Assembly: GCA_965242865.1 (NCBI GenBank)
Contig: CBDETK010000013.1
Location: forward strand, 2,080,001 to 2,144,000
Origin: Candidatus Latescibacterota bacterium
GTDB lineage: Bacteria > Latescibacterota > UBA2968 > UBA8231
Reading direction: 5' to 3'
DNA length: 64,000 nucleotides
Shown here: piece by piece, positions 46,717 to 56,462 of the stretch
Numbering within the stretch: position 1 is the first letter of the stretch
Layout: every line of letters begins with the position of its first letter
Translations under genes and position numbers: made by a program
Notes under the pieces: model-generated
Database searches by the model: none
The model's input: the letters and a program-made list of their open reading frames with translations, nothing else
Told to the model about the DNA's origin: nothing

Positions 46717-49700
46717 TTGACTGAATTCTTTGAACAGCCCGTCCTCAACTCGCCGTATGAGCGTCCGAGGCGGCATTGGGAACTAGATGAGAGCGGGCAG
46801 CCGACCCAGCAGATCGTCGAAAGCCGCCGGGCAGCCGAGTTCATCACCCCGATCCCGCAGCCCAAGAAGCGCGAGGGAGCAGCCGCGCAACAGGCCGCGC
46901 TGGTGTTTGACGCGGCCGCGCAACAGCTCGAAGCCGCCGGCCAGCAATACGACCTGACGGCCATCATCAATGGGGTTCGCCAGCAGGTTGACCGCTGGCG
47001 CGATCTACCAAACCCCAGCCAATGGCAGGTGACGCCTGAGACGGCCCGCCTGCTCCAGCACTGGCGGCACCACCGCTTCAGCGGCATTCGGCCCTTCTTC
47101 TGCCAAGTCGAAGCGGTCGAGACCGCGATATGGCTCACCGAAGTCGCGCCGCGCATGGGGCGACGCGGCCAGCGCTTCCTCAACCATCTGGCGCAGGCCA
47201 GCCCAGACCTGCCGCGGCTGGCGCTCAAGCTGGCAACCGGCACCGGCAAGACCACGGTCATGGCGATGGTGATCGCTTGGCAAACCGTCAACGCGGTGCG
47301 CCGGCCCCAAAGTCGCCGCTTCACGCGCGGCTTCTTGGTCGTCACGCCCGGCATCACCATCAAGGACCGCCTGCGCGTACTCCAGCCCAACGACCCGGAC
47401 AGCTACTACCAGAGCCGCGAGTTGGTTCCCAGCGACATGCTCCCGGACTTGGAAAAGGCCAAGATCGTCATCACCAACTACCACGCCTTCAAGCGGCGCG
47501 AACGCTTGGAGCTTTCCAAGGGCGGGCGTTCTTTGCTACAGGGACGGGGCGAGACGCTCGCGACCTTGGAGACCGAAGGGCAAATGCTGCAACGGGTCAT
47601 GCCCGAACTCATGGGCGTCAAGAACGTCTTGATCCTCAACGATGAAGCGCACCACTGCTACCGCGAAAACCCGGGCGAGGGCGAGGAAGGTGCGCTCCGG
47701 GGCGACGACCGCAAGGAAGCCGAAAAAAACGCGGAAGCGGCGCGGCTGTGGATTTCGGGGCTGGAAACCGTCGGCCAAAAACTCGGCGTCAACCGGGTGC
47801 TCGACCTGTCGGCCACGCCGTTCTTTTTGCGCGGGTCCGGGTACGCCGAAGGCACGTTGTTCCCTTGGACGATGTGCGACTTCTCGCTCATGGACGCGAT
47901 TGAATGCGGCATCGTCAAGCTGCCCCGGGTGCCGGTGGCCGACAACATCCCCGGCGGCGACATGCCCAAGTTCCGCAACCTCTGGGACCACATCCGCCCC
48001 AACATGCCCAAGAAGGGACGCGGCAAGGGCGAGGAACTCGATCCGCTCAATCTGCCGGTGGAGTTACAGACCGCGTTGGCCGCCCTGTACGGACACTACG
48101 AGAAAACCTTTGAGCTGATGGAAGCGGCGAGCATTGGTGTCCCGCCGTGTTTTATCGTGGTCTGCAACAATACCGCGACTTCCAAGCTGGTACACGACTA
48201 CATCGCGGGCTTTTACCGCGGCACCACGCTGGTACATGGTCGCCTAAAGCTATTTCGCAACTTTGACGAGCAGGGCAACCCATACCTCCCGCCGCGCACA
48301 CTGCTGATCGACAGCGAACAACTCGAGTCCGGCGACGCGCTGGACAAAAACTTCCGCGCCGTGGCTGCCGACGAGATCGACCGCTTTCGGCGAGAAATCA
48401 TCGAGCGCACCGGCGACCGTCGTCAGGCCGACAACATCAGCGATGCAGCACTGCTCCGCGAGGTGATGAACACCGTGGGCAAACCGGGCCGGCTGGGGGC
48501 TTCGATTCGCTGCGTGGTGTCCGTGTCCATGCTGACCGAAGGGTGGGATGCCAATACCGTCAGCCACGTGCTCGGTGTGCGCGCTTTTGGGACGCAACTG
48601 CTGTGCGAGCAGGTCGTTGGCCGAGCGCTGCGCCGGCAGTCGTACGATCTCAACGAGGACGGCCTGTTCGATGTGGAGTACGCGGATGTCTTGGGCATCC
48701 CGTTTGACTTTACGGCCAAGCCCGTGGTGGCGCCGCCCAAGCCACCGCGCGAGACCGTGCAGGTGCGGGCCGTGCGACCGGCGCGCGACGCGCTGGAAAT
48801 CCGTTTCCCGCGGGTGGCCGGGTATCGAGTGGAATTGCCGGCCGACCGGCTCGCCGCCGAGTTCAACGAGGACTCGGTGCTGGAGCTGACGCCCGATCTG
48901 GTCGGCCCGTCGAGTACGCGGAACGAGGGGATCATCGGCGAGGGCGTGGACCTCGATCTGGTGCATACCAACGACCTGCGGACCGCAACCCTGCTTTTTC
49001 ACCTGACCCAGCGGCTGCTCTATGAAAAGTTCCGCGATCCGGGCGAAGAGCCTAAGCTCTACCTCTTCGGCCAGCTCAAGCGCATCACCAGCGAGTGGCT
49101 CGACACCTGTCTCGTCTGCAAGGGCGGCACCTATCCGGCCCAACTCATGTATCAAGCACTGGCGGACACGGCCTGCGAGCGCATCTTTGCCGCCATCACG
49201 CGCAAGGGCATTGACCATCGGCCAGTCAAAGCCGTGCTCGATCCGTACCATCCCATCGGTTCGACCGCCCACGTCCATTTCAACACGACCCAAACCCGCC
49301 GCTGGCAGACCGACGCCCGCCGGTGCCACCTCAACTACGTCGTCCTCGACAGCGACTGGGAAGCGGAGTTTTGTCGCGTCGTCGAAGCCCATCCGCGCGT
49401 CAAAGCCTACGTCAAGAACCACAATTTAGGCTTGGAGGTGCCCTACCGCTCTGGCTCGCAGCCGCGGACGTACCGGCCGGACTTTATCGTGCTGATCGAC
49501 GATGGCAACGGCGACGACCTGCTGCACCTAATCGTCGAGATCAAGGGGTATCGGGGGGAAGACGCCAAGGACAAGAAGGCGGCTATGGACACCTATTGGG
49601 TGCCTGGGGTGAATCAGCACGGGGACTGCGGCCGCTGGGCTTTTGCCGAGTTTGCGGATGTGTACGAGGTGGAAGCCGCGTTTAACGAGATGATCAAACA

Positions 49701-49731
49701 ACGCGCCGTTGGCCCGGTTTCGACCGAGTAA
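46717..49731 (+). CDS. Type III-like restriction endonuclease/helicase Res subunit (BPTD_3080-like)
   Basis: N-terminal PVLNSPY..P.RHW. Motifs KLATGTGKT, NDEAHHCY, LSATP, MLTEGWD, EQVVGRALRR. C-terminal nuclease YRPDF...EIKG. Confidence 0.88.
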   Translation: MTEFFEQPVLNSPYERPRRHWELDESGQPTQQIVESRRAAEFITPIPQPKKREGAAAQQAALVFDAAAQQLEAAGQQYDLTAIINGVRQQVDRWRDLPNPSQWQVTPETARLLQHWRHHRFSGIRPFFCQVEAVETAIWLTEVAPRMGRRGQRFLNHLAQASPDLPRLALKLATGTGKTTVMAMVIAWQTVNAVRRPQSRRFTRGFLVVTPGITIKDRLRVLQPNDPDSYYQSRELVPSDMLPDLEKAKIVITNYHAFKRRERLELSKGGRSLLQGRGETLATLETEGQMLQRVMPELMGVKNVLILNDEAHHCYRENPGEGEEGALRGDDRKEAEKNAEAARLWISGLETVGQKLGVNRVLDLSATPFFLRGSGYAEGTLFPWTMCDFSLMDAIECGIVKLPRVPVADNIPGGDMPKFRNLWDHIRPNMPKKGRGKGEELDPLNLPVELQTALAALYGHYEKTFELMEAASIGVPPCFIVVCNNTATSKLVHDYIAGFYRGTTLVHGRLKLFRNFDEQGNPYLPPRTLLIDSEQLESGDALDKNFRAVAADEIDRFRREIIERTGDRRQADNISDAALLREVMNTVGKPGRLGASIRCVVSVSMLTEGWDANTVSHVLGVRAFGTQLLCEQVVGRALRRQSYDLNEDGLFDVEYADVLGIPFDFTAKPVVAPPKPPRETVQVRAVRPARDALEIRFPRVAGYRVELPADRLAAEFNEDSVLELTPDLVGPSSTRNEGIIGEGVDLDLVHTNDLRTATLLFHLTQRLLYEKFRDPGEEPKLYLFGQLKRITSEWLDTCLVCKGGTYPAQLMYQALADTACERIFAAITRKGIDHRPVKAVLDPYHPIGSTAHVHFNTTQTRRWQTDARRCHLNYVVLDSDWEAEFCRVVEAHPRVKAYVKNHNLGLEVPYRSGSQPRTYRPDFIVLIDDGNGDDLLHLIVEIKGYRGEDAKDKKAAMDTYWVPGVNQHGDCGRWAFAEFADVYEVEAAFNEMIKQRAVGPVSTE

Positions 49732-49939
49732 CTGGAGTTTGCCGCGATAGGGGTTGCTCACTTATTACACGACAGCAGCCGCCCGTCCGCCAAGGAAGGA
49801 GGGCATGATGCGTTCATGGATTCCCGCTGTTGCGAGAATGACCGAACCAGCGGCCCGCCTGCCGAAGGATCGAGGGCATCTTGCCCTCGTCGAGGGCGGG
49901 ACGCCCTCGATCCCGGATGTGTACTTAGGAGGAATGGGA

Positions 49940-51415
49940 ATGCTTTGGGATAGTGATCGCTTGTTGTTGCAACTTGAACTCGGTGAGGACAGCCGCGTTG
50001 AGTTCAAGGAAGCTGTGTTTAGCGGCAACCGCGTCCGCGCACCGCATCGGGACGCCATCGCCGACGAGTTGGCCGCTTTTGGCAACACCATCGGCGGCAC
50101 CTTGATCTTCAGCGTGTCCGACGACGGTGCAGTGCGGTTGATGAGCCGACAACAGCTGGACGCGCTCGAAGCCTTCGTCGGCGAGCTTTGCTCGGATAGC
50201 ATCCGTCCCCCGTTGGCGTTTGTCACCCAACGGCTCGCGCTGCCCGATGGTTCGTTTGTGCTAGTCGTCGCCGTCGAACAGAGCGCGTTGGTCCACAAGA
50301 GTCCCGGGGGCTACCTGTCCCGCCAAGGTAGTTCCAAGCGAGAGCTGTCACCGGAGGCATTGAACCGTTTGTTTCAGCAGCGGGCGCGTTCTGGCTTGCT
50401 CGGGCCGGACGAAGGGATCGTCGCTGGCACCGGGGTCAACACGTTAGACGCGACCCTAGCGGATCGTTTCCTGAGTTCGCGCGCGACCGAGCCTACAACG
50501 GTCCAACTCACAAAGCTGGGGCTGGTGCGGGAGGACGACAGCGGCGTGCTCCGCGCCACGGTGGCCGGGGTGCTGCTTTGCACGACGCGCCCGGATGAGT
50601 ATATACGCGGCGCACTGATCGAGGCGGTGCGCTATCGCGGCACAGTGTCGGGCCGTGCGAGCCAGCTCGATGCCGCGTCCATCACCGGCCCGTTGGACCA
50701 GCAGATCCGCGATGCCGTCCACTTCGCTCGGCTCAATACGCGGGTCGCGGCGCGCAAGGCCCCTGGACGCGTAGAGACTCCGCAGTTTAGTCCGCGCACC
50801 CTGTTTGAGGCCATCGTCAACGCCGTGGTCCACCGCGACTACTCGGAAAAGGCGAAGATACGGCTCTTCATTTTTGACGACCGCTTCGAGTTGTACTCGC
50901 CGGGTGCTTTGCCCAACACCCTGCCTATTGAGGCCATGCGCAATCGACAAGCCACTCGCAACGAAACGCTCGCGTCCATTCTCCGCATGCTCGCGGTCGG
51001 GGATATTGCCGGGGCCGGGGATCGGCAGTATTTCTTGGAGCAACGCGGCGAAGGGGTTCCGGTCATTTACGAGCAGACCCGGGCGCTGACCGGGCGCGAG
51101 CCAGAGTATGAACTGCTTGGCGGCCCAGAACTGCGGCTGACGATACCGTCCGCTCGTCCGCCGGTATCGGGCATCCAAGGGGAAGTGTCGGTATCTGCGG
51201 GCGGTCAGCCGCTTGCCGGCGCACAGGTCGTTGTGCTGTATCCCAACAAGACTTGGATGGAGGAAGCAACCGATACGTTTGGCCGGGTCGCTTTTGGGTT
51301 CCATTCGGAACTTCCCATCACTGTTTTTTGCGCGGCCTCAGGGTATGGTGCTCACGTGGAGCGGGATTGGCACCCGCCGGAACCGCTCGCCGTGCCGCGT
51401 CTTGGGCGTAGATGA
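49940..51415 (+). CDS. AlbA_2 (Schlafen-like) DNA-binding plus HATPase_c_4 (RecG-C-like) protein, C-terminus probably truncated
   Basis: AGGAGG at 49927-49932. Motifs GEDSRVEFKE, AAFGNTIGGTLIFSVSD, EAIVNAVVHRDYS, ELYSPGALP, RNETL, RGEG. Confidence 0.8.
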   Translation: MLWDSDRLLLQLELGEDSRVEFKEAVFSGNRVRAPHRDAIADELAAFGNTIGGTLIFSVSDDGAVRLMSRQQLDALEAFVGELCSDSIRPPLAFVTQRLALPDGSFVLVVAVEQSALVHKSPGGYLSRQGSSKRELSPEALNRLFQQRARSGLLGPDEGIVAGTGVNTLDATLADRFLSSRATEPTTVQLTKLGLVREDDSGVLRATVAGVLLCTTRPDEYIRGALIEAVRYRGTVSGRASQLDAASITGPLDQQIRDAVHFARLNTRVAARKAPGRVETPQFSPRTLFEAIVNAVVHRDYSEKAKIRLFIFDDRFELYSPGALPNTLPIEAMRNRQATRNETLASILRMLAVGDIAGAGDRQYFLEQRGEGVPVIYEQTRALTGREPEYELLGGPELRLTIPSARPPVSGIQGEVSVSAGGQPLAGAQVVVLYPNKTWMEEATDTFGRVAFGFHSELPITVFCAASGYGAHVERDWHPPEPLAVPRLGRR

Positions 51416-52247
51416 AAACGACGAACTCATCGACACCGCAGCCGAAGCCAAGCTCGGCTACGGCGAAAAACAGGACTTCGCCGCCATGATCTTGGACAAC
51501 CTCAAAACCTCCGGCGTCCAGCAGGCGCACAAAGAGGACAAAATCGCCTTCTCCGGCATCAAACCTTGGCCCGGCGACCTCGTCTGCGCCGAAGGAACCT
51601 ACACCGAAGGCGACGCGGACGCCGGCGCGGAGAAACGCGCTGGCATCTTCGTCGGCCCGGAATTTGGCACTGTCTCCCGCCCGGATCTCGTACTCGCCGT
51701 GCGCGAGGCCGCCGACGCCAACTTCGACGTCCTCATCACCTGCGCCTTCAACTACGACGCCCACGCCTCCGAGTTCAACAAACTCGGCCGCGTCCCCGTG
51801 CTCAAGGCCCGCATGAACGCCGATCTACACATGGCCGACGACCTCAAAAACACCGGCAAGGGCAACCTGTTCGTCATCTTCGGCGAGCCAGACATCGACA
51901 TCCTCGACGCACCGGACGATCAAATCCAAGTCAAGGTCAACGGCGTAGATGTGTTCCATCCCAACACCGGCGAAATCCGCAGCGACGACGCCGACGGCAT
52001 TGCCTGCTGGTTCATCGACACCGACTACAACGAGGAGAGCTTCTTCGTCCGCCACGCCTACTTCCTCGGCGCCAACGACCCGTACAAAGCACTGCGAACG
52101 ACGCTCAAAGCCGAGATCAACCCAGAAGCCTGGGAAACCCTCCACAACGACACCTCTCGCCCGTTCGCCAAGCCAGCGTCCGGCCGCATTGCGGTAAAGG
52201 TGATCAATCATCTGGGCGACGAGGTGATGAAGGTGTTTCGGGTGTGA
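51396..52247 (+). pseudogene. C-terminal fragment of the cognate site-specific DNA methyltransferase (Mod); catalytic N-terminal part missing
   Basis: RVLGVDENDEL...GPEFGTV...MNADL...GNLFVIFGEPD...WFIDTDYNEESFFV...RIAVKVINHLGDEVMKVFRV resembles the C-terminal part of methylases partnered with this Res type. No DPPY or FxGxG motif and no credible start. Confidence 0.75.
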
Positions 52248-52255
52248 GGGGGAGT
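52212..52255 (+). repeat. Mod 3'-end repeat, copy 1 (native)
   Basis: CTGGGCGACGAGGTGATGAAGGTGTTTCGGGTGTGAGGGGGAGT. Confidence 0.9.
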
Positions 52256-52264
52256 TGATAATCC

Positions 52265-55200
52265 ATGTCTATCCCTGACCAAAGTCATATCAACCGAGTC
52301 CGCGACGCCCTTTGGCAACGTTCGGGCGGCGGTGCGTCCGTCATGGTTGGGAGCGGATTCAGTAGAAATGCTCTCAAAACCCGCCCCGACGCAAACGACC
52401 CGCCGACATGGCGCGAGGTGGCAGAAGCGGTATATGACAAGCTATATAGAGACCGCGATGCGATTGCGGAAGCCTCGCAAACGAGCGACTTCTTGAGGTT
52501 GGCCCAAGAGTATGAAGTTGCGTTTGGACGTGGGGATCTGCACCGCTTCATCCGAAACCTGATCCGGGACGACGATTTCAAGCCCGGCGATCTACATACG
52601 CGGTTGCTACGGCTTCCTTGGCGCGATGTCTTCACAACCAATTGGGATACCCTTTTGGAACGGGCGCGTATTTCCGTGGCTGGTCGCGCTTACAGCGTCG
52701 TCCGAAATATGGACGAAATTCCGCAGGCGAACCGGCCGCGGATCGTCAAACTGCACGGATCACTCCCTGCTCATTTTCCGCTGATCTTTACGGAAGAAGA
52801 TTACCGAACTTATCCGAGGAAATTTGCTCCTTTCGTGAACACCGCTCAGCAAGCAATGATGGAAACCGTGTTCTGCCTGATTGGTTTCTCAGGGGACGAT
52901 CCGAACTTCTTGGAGTGGTCGGGATGGGTACGCGACAATCTGGGGAAAGCGGCACCGAAGATATATCTAGCCGGGTGGTTAAACCTGTCGTCTCACAGGC
53001 GCCGAATGCTTGAAGATCGCAAGGTCGTCCCTATCGATCTTGCACTTCATCCGAAAGCTAGCGAGTGGCCGGAGTCCCTTCGTCACCAATACGCAACCGA
53101 GTGGCTTCTGTACACGCTGGAACGTGGAAAACCCTATGATGTGACGGCTTGGCCTTCGACAATCGATCAAGAACCTGTGGAGGTGCCAACACACCTTGAT
53201 CCAATTGAAGTGGTCACATCCGTTACTCCCAAAAAGGAGCCATACTCCCCTTCTGAATTGAGTGAATCTGAGAACGTCTCGGATTCGGTCCGGCAACTAC
53301 TTGAAATTTGGCAGCACAACCGGAAAATCTATCCCGGCTGGTTGGCCGTTCCGAGCAGCGAACGAACATTCCTGAGCCTATCTACAGATGAATGGGAACC
53401 GACGATTCTACAGGTGCTCCCTGACTTTGCGCCGATAGACCGGCTGAATGCCATCCGCGAATTAGTGTGGCGCAAGGAAATTCTGCTGGAGCCAATCTCA
53501 CCTCAGCTTGAATCTGCGGCGGAAGAAGCCCTAAAGCCGATAGATTGCCACCGCCGTACTATAGACGGTGTCGTCGATTCGACGATTGAATGGGCCGCTG
53601 TTAGAGAGGCTTGGCGCACGGTCGCGCTCGCGCTTGTGACGATTGCACGATTTCGCTTTGATGAAGATGCCTTTGAGAAGCGGATCGCGGCACTATCACC
53701 TTTCCGTAACGATCATCCCGACGTCGCTCAGCGAATACATCATGAGCGTTGTCTATGGGCAATTTACGCGCTTGACTTCGAGAGATTGGAAGACTTGGTC
53801 AAGGATTGGCAGACTGAAAATTGCGATCCGGCCTGGATGGTACGGAAAGCCGCCATCCTTTCCGAAATGGATCGAAAGGACGACGCAATTGAATTGCTCA
53901 ATAACGCGCTTTCGGCTATTCGTGATAACCCCGGAGATGAGCACAGTTTAGCCGGTCCTTCCCGCGAGGGTTGGGCACTGTTGCAGGCACAGGCGTTTGA
54001 AAGAGAATTTAGTGGACAAGTAAAAAACCAGATCGACGCCCCTCTAGCCTTTACGAGATGGCGGGAGTTGGCATCTCTGAAATGCGATGCGTTCACAGAG
54101 AAGCACTGGTACGCCGAAGCAATCAAGGGCAGTGACAAAAAGGATGAAAAACTGCCCTTCGATCTCGGCCATCAGCAAGGAGATACAATTCATTTTTCCA
54201 ATGCCGAATATGCCCGACAAATCGCAGCTTACCGAGCGATCCGACTCTCCGAAGTGGCCGGACTACCTCCAGTCGTAGCCTCGGATATATTAAAACTTGC
54301 TGCGGGTAAATTGTCCATGACGAATCCAGAGATGGCCGTACGTCTAGTTCTCCGAGTTTCGGACTACGAAGACCCCATGCTTACCCAGGTTTTTTCGCGC
54401 ACTCGGGTGGCCACCCTTTCAGCAGATTCAGCGAAGACACTGGCGGAGATCTGTAATAGCTTGATCGAGTATGCGCTACCCCGGATGGTTAGCACGGCTG
54501 CACGTGGACTCCGCCCTATATTCTGGATTGAGCGAATGGGTGTCGCAATGGAGGCACTATCACGGCTGGTCCTTCGTCTAGACCCCGATACGGCAGAAGC
54601 CATCTTCAACAAGGCACTGGAGCATTATCGAAACCAGCAAGTTGCACAATATCTACAGATGGCAGCCCCTGTCCGAGACCTGTTGAAACGCTCGGGGGAA
54701 ACTCTGCCGGAAGATCGCCGAACTGCTCGTGCTCTCGATTTGTTGAGTTCGCCTATCATCGGAATGGACAACTTTACGGCGAAATCCGCTATCCGCTATC
54801 CAGATCCTGGAGAGTTGCTACAAGACGATGAACTTTTTTCGCTGCCCCGGACTGCCGACAATGAGCACCGCTGGCAGGAAGTCGTCAGTTTATTGGTGCG
54901 TGGCCTACATGCTGGAGGTGAAGCACACAAGCGAGCGTCCCTTAGAATAGTGCCTGTGGGGTTTTGGGGCCGACTGACAGAAGCTGAATCGTCGCAAGTT
55001 GCTCAAGCTCTTTGGAGCGAAAAGTACACTGGTCCCAACGATCTGCCCGGCGAAACTGATCTCTTGGACTGGGTATTTATCTTGCTCCCCGAACCTGAGC
55101 TTGGTTTGGCGGAACAGCGATTCCGTCGCAAATGGCTCACCGCCGGCAATGCGCCACAAGGAGATGCGCCTAGTCACGACGATATTCTCTGGCAAGTCGG

Positions 55201-56056
55201 GAACGCCATATCTTGTCTGAAAAATCACCAGCGTCCACTGGAGCTATCGGAAGACGAACGGGCCTACCTGATTAAGGTAGTTGAGCAGTGGTCAGATACT
55301 CCAGTGCCAAGTCATTTCTTCGGTCCTATTGAGAGGCAACTCCGCGAACCTACCCGGCGTGCGATCATCGGCCTGCGCATGGTCATTTCTGAAATCCAAA
55401 TTCCTATGCCTATCGGTGAAAAGCTCTACAAAAAAATTCAAGCCTTAAAAGGTTCCGACACGCCAGGACTAGAGCTTATCGCCGGCATCGTTAGGGCATT
55501 GCCTGATCATCTTGATAAAATCGCTTTATTGGTGAGGATGGAATTGACATCTGATGATAGCACCTCGGCCAAGAACGCAGCATGGGGATTGCTCTTTTGG
55601 TTGGTCGAGTCCGCCTCAACACCTGAACTCTGTCCTCCGTCGGACGATTTGATTCGTGAAATCGGCATCATAATCGCTACCCGTAGGAAAGTGGTTCTCG
55701 CACAGGCATTGCAGACCGCTAAGTGGGTGTTTGCGGAGGGGAGCGAAGCTCAGCGAGAAGTCATTGGGCAATTGGCGATACAGGGTCTCGGTTATCTGGC
55801 CGAGGAGTTACGCTACGACAGGGAACACGATCAGGGCGATGACTTCGACGTACCGCTTCTGCGTTGGGGCTGTGCCCACCTTGCCTTGGCAATGGCGGAG
55901 CGTGGCTTTAGCGACGACCCGACAGTTACTCGCTGGTTGGAGATTTCCAAAGAAGACCCCCTCCCCGAGGTGCGACACGCAAAGCATCCCTCTCTCGCTC
56001 GTCAGCGTAAGGAAGCGGAGGGCACTGACGACGCACCAACTTCTCAGGCCGAGTAG
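52265..56056 (+). CDS. Large SIR2_2-domain protein, putative NAD+-depleting antiphage effector (Dsr-like architecture)
   Basis: VMVGSGFS, FTTNWDTLLE, IVKLHGS, LIGFSGDDPNF..W, followed by a ~950-aa helical C-terminal region. Confidence 0.82.
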   Translation: MSIPDQSHINRVRDALWQRSGGGASVMVGSGFSRNALKTRPDANDPPTWREVAEAVYDKLYRDRDAIAEASQTSDFLRLAQEYEVAFGRGDLHRFIRNLIRDDDFKPGDLHTRLLRLPWRDVFTTNWDTLLERARISVAGRAYSVVRNMDEIPQANRPRIVKLHGSLPAHFPLIFTEEDYRTYPRKFAPFVNTAQQAMMETVFCLIGFSGDDPNFLEWSGWVRDNLGKAAPKIYLAGWLNLSSHRRRMLEDRKVVPIDLALHPKASEWPESLRHQYATEWLLYTLERGKPYDVTAWPSTIDQEPVEVPTHLDPIEVVTSVTPKKEPYSPSELSESENVSDSVRQLLEIWQHNRKIYPGWLAVPSSERTFLSLSTDEWEPTILQVLPDFAPIDRLNAIRELVWRKEILLEPISPQLESAAEEALKPIDCHRRTIDGVVDSTIEWAAVREAWRTVALALVTIARFRFDEDAFEKRIAALSPFRNDHPDVAQRIHHERCLWAIYALDFERLEDLVKDWQTENCDPAWMVRKAAILSEMDRKDDAIELLNNALSAIRDNPGDEHSLAGPSREGWALLQAQAFEREFSGQVKNQIDAPLAFTRWRELASLKCDAFTEKHWYAEAIKGSDKKDEKLPFDLGHQQGDTIHFSNAEYARQIAAYRAIRLSEVAGLPPVVASDILKLAAGKLSMTNPEMAVRLVLRVSDYEDPMLTQVFSRTRVATLSADSAKTLAEICNSLIEYALPRMVSTAARGLRPIFWIERMGVAMEALSRLVLRLDPDTAEAIFNKALEHYRNQQVAQYLQMAAPVRDLLKRSGETLPEDRRTARALDLLSSPIIGMDNFTAKSAIRYPDPGELLQDDELFSLPRTADNEHRWQEVVSLLVRGLHAGGEAHKRASLRIVPVGFWGRLTEAESSQVAQALWSEKYTGPNDLPGETDLLDWVFILLPEPELGLAEQRFRRKWLTAGNAPQGDAPSHDDILWQVGNAISCLKNHQRPLELSEDERAYLIKVVEQWSDTPVPSHFFGPIERQLREPTRRAIIGLRMVISEIQIPMPIGEKLYKKIQALKGSDTPGLELIAGIVRALPDHLDKIALLVRMELTSDDSTSAKNAAWGLLFWLVESASTPELCPPSDDLIREIGIIIATRRKVVLAQALQTAKWVFAEGSEAQREVIGQLAIQGLGYLAEELRYDREHDQGDDFDVPLLRWGCAHLALAMAERGFSDDPTVTRWLEISKEDPLPEVRHAKHPSLARQRKEAEGTDDAPTSQAE

Positions 56057-56074
56057 CTTATTGACCCCCCAAAA

Positions 56075-56116
56075 GTGATGAAGGTGTTTCGGGTGTGAGG
56101 GGGAGTGCTACACTTA
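56075..56116 (+). repeat. Mod 3'-end repeat, copy 2
   Basis: GTGATGAAGGTGTTTCGGGTGTGAGGGGGAGT is identical over 32 bp to 52224-52255, and continues GCTACACTTA. Confidence 0.9.
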
Positions 56117-56150
56117 CTGACCGGGTAAACGATCAGAGAAAGCTGAGAAA

Positions 56151-56462
56151 ATGAAAAACATAACGCTGAGTGCTGACGAGCAGCTAATCGAAGCGGCGTA
56201 TCAACGCGCCGCAGAAGAGCACACTACGCTGAACGAGCAGTTTCGGCTGTGGCTCAAACACTACGTTCAATCCGAGCGGCAATCGTCAGCGGCACAAGGA
56301 ACATTGGCGGACTTTCTCCAAGGGCATATCGGCATCCTGCACAGCAGTGAATACGTGCCCGGCGGTGCTCGTATGTCGGTAGATAGCGGCAAAAAGGTGC
56401 TTGGGGCCAGTGAACTGAGACCGGCTGGGCAGAGTAGGCCAAAAACAGGAGACTCGCAATGA
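56151..56462 (+). CDS. Small ribbon-helix-helix antitoxin-like protein
   Basis: N-terminus MKNITLSADEQLIEAA...TTLNEQFRLWL shows an RHH pattern. Its stop overlaps the next start (ATGA). Confidence 0.55.
   Translation: MKNITLSADEQLIEAAYQRAAEEHTTLNEQFRLWLKHYVQSERQSSAAQGTLADFLQGHIGILHSSEYVPGGARMSVDSGKKVLGASELRPAGQSRPKTGDSQ

Noticed and set aside
51213-51395. N-terminal part of the 344-aa ORF as a real methylase start
   Set aside because: It is an alternative-frame reading of the AlbA/ATPase gene. Mod-like sequence begins only at about 51396.
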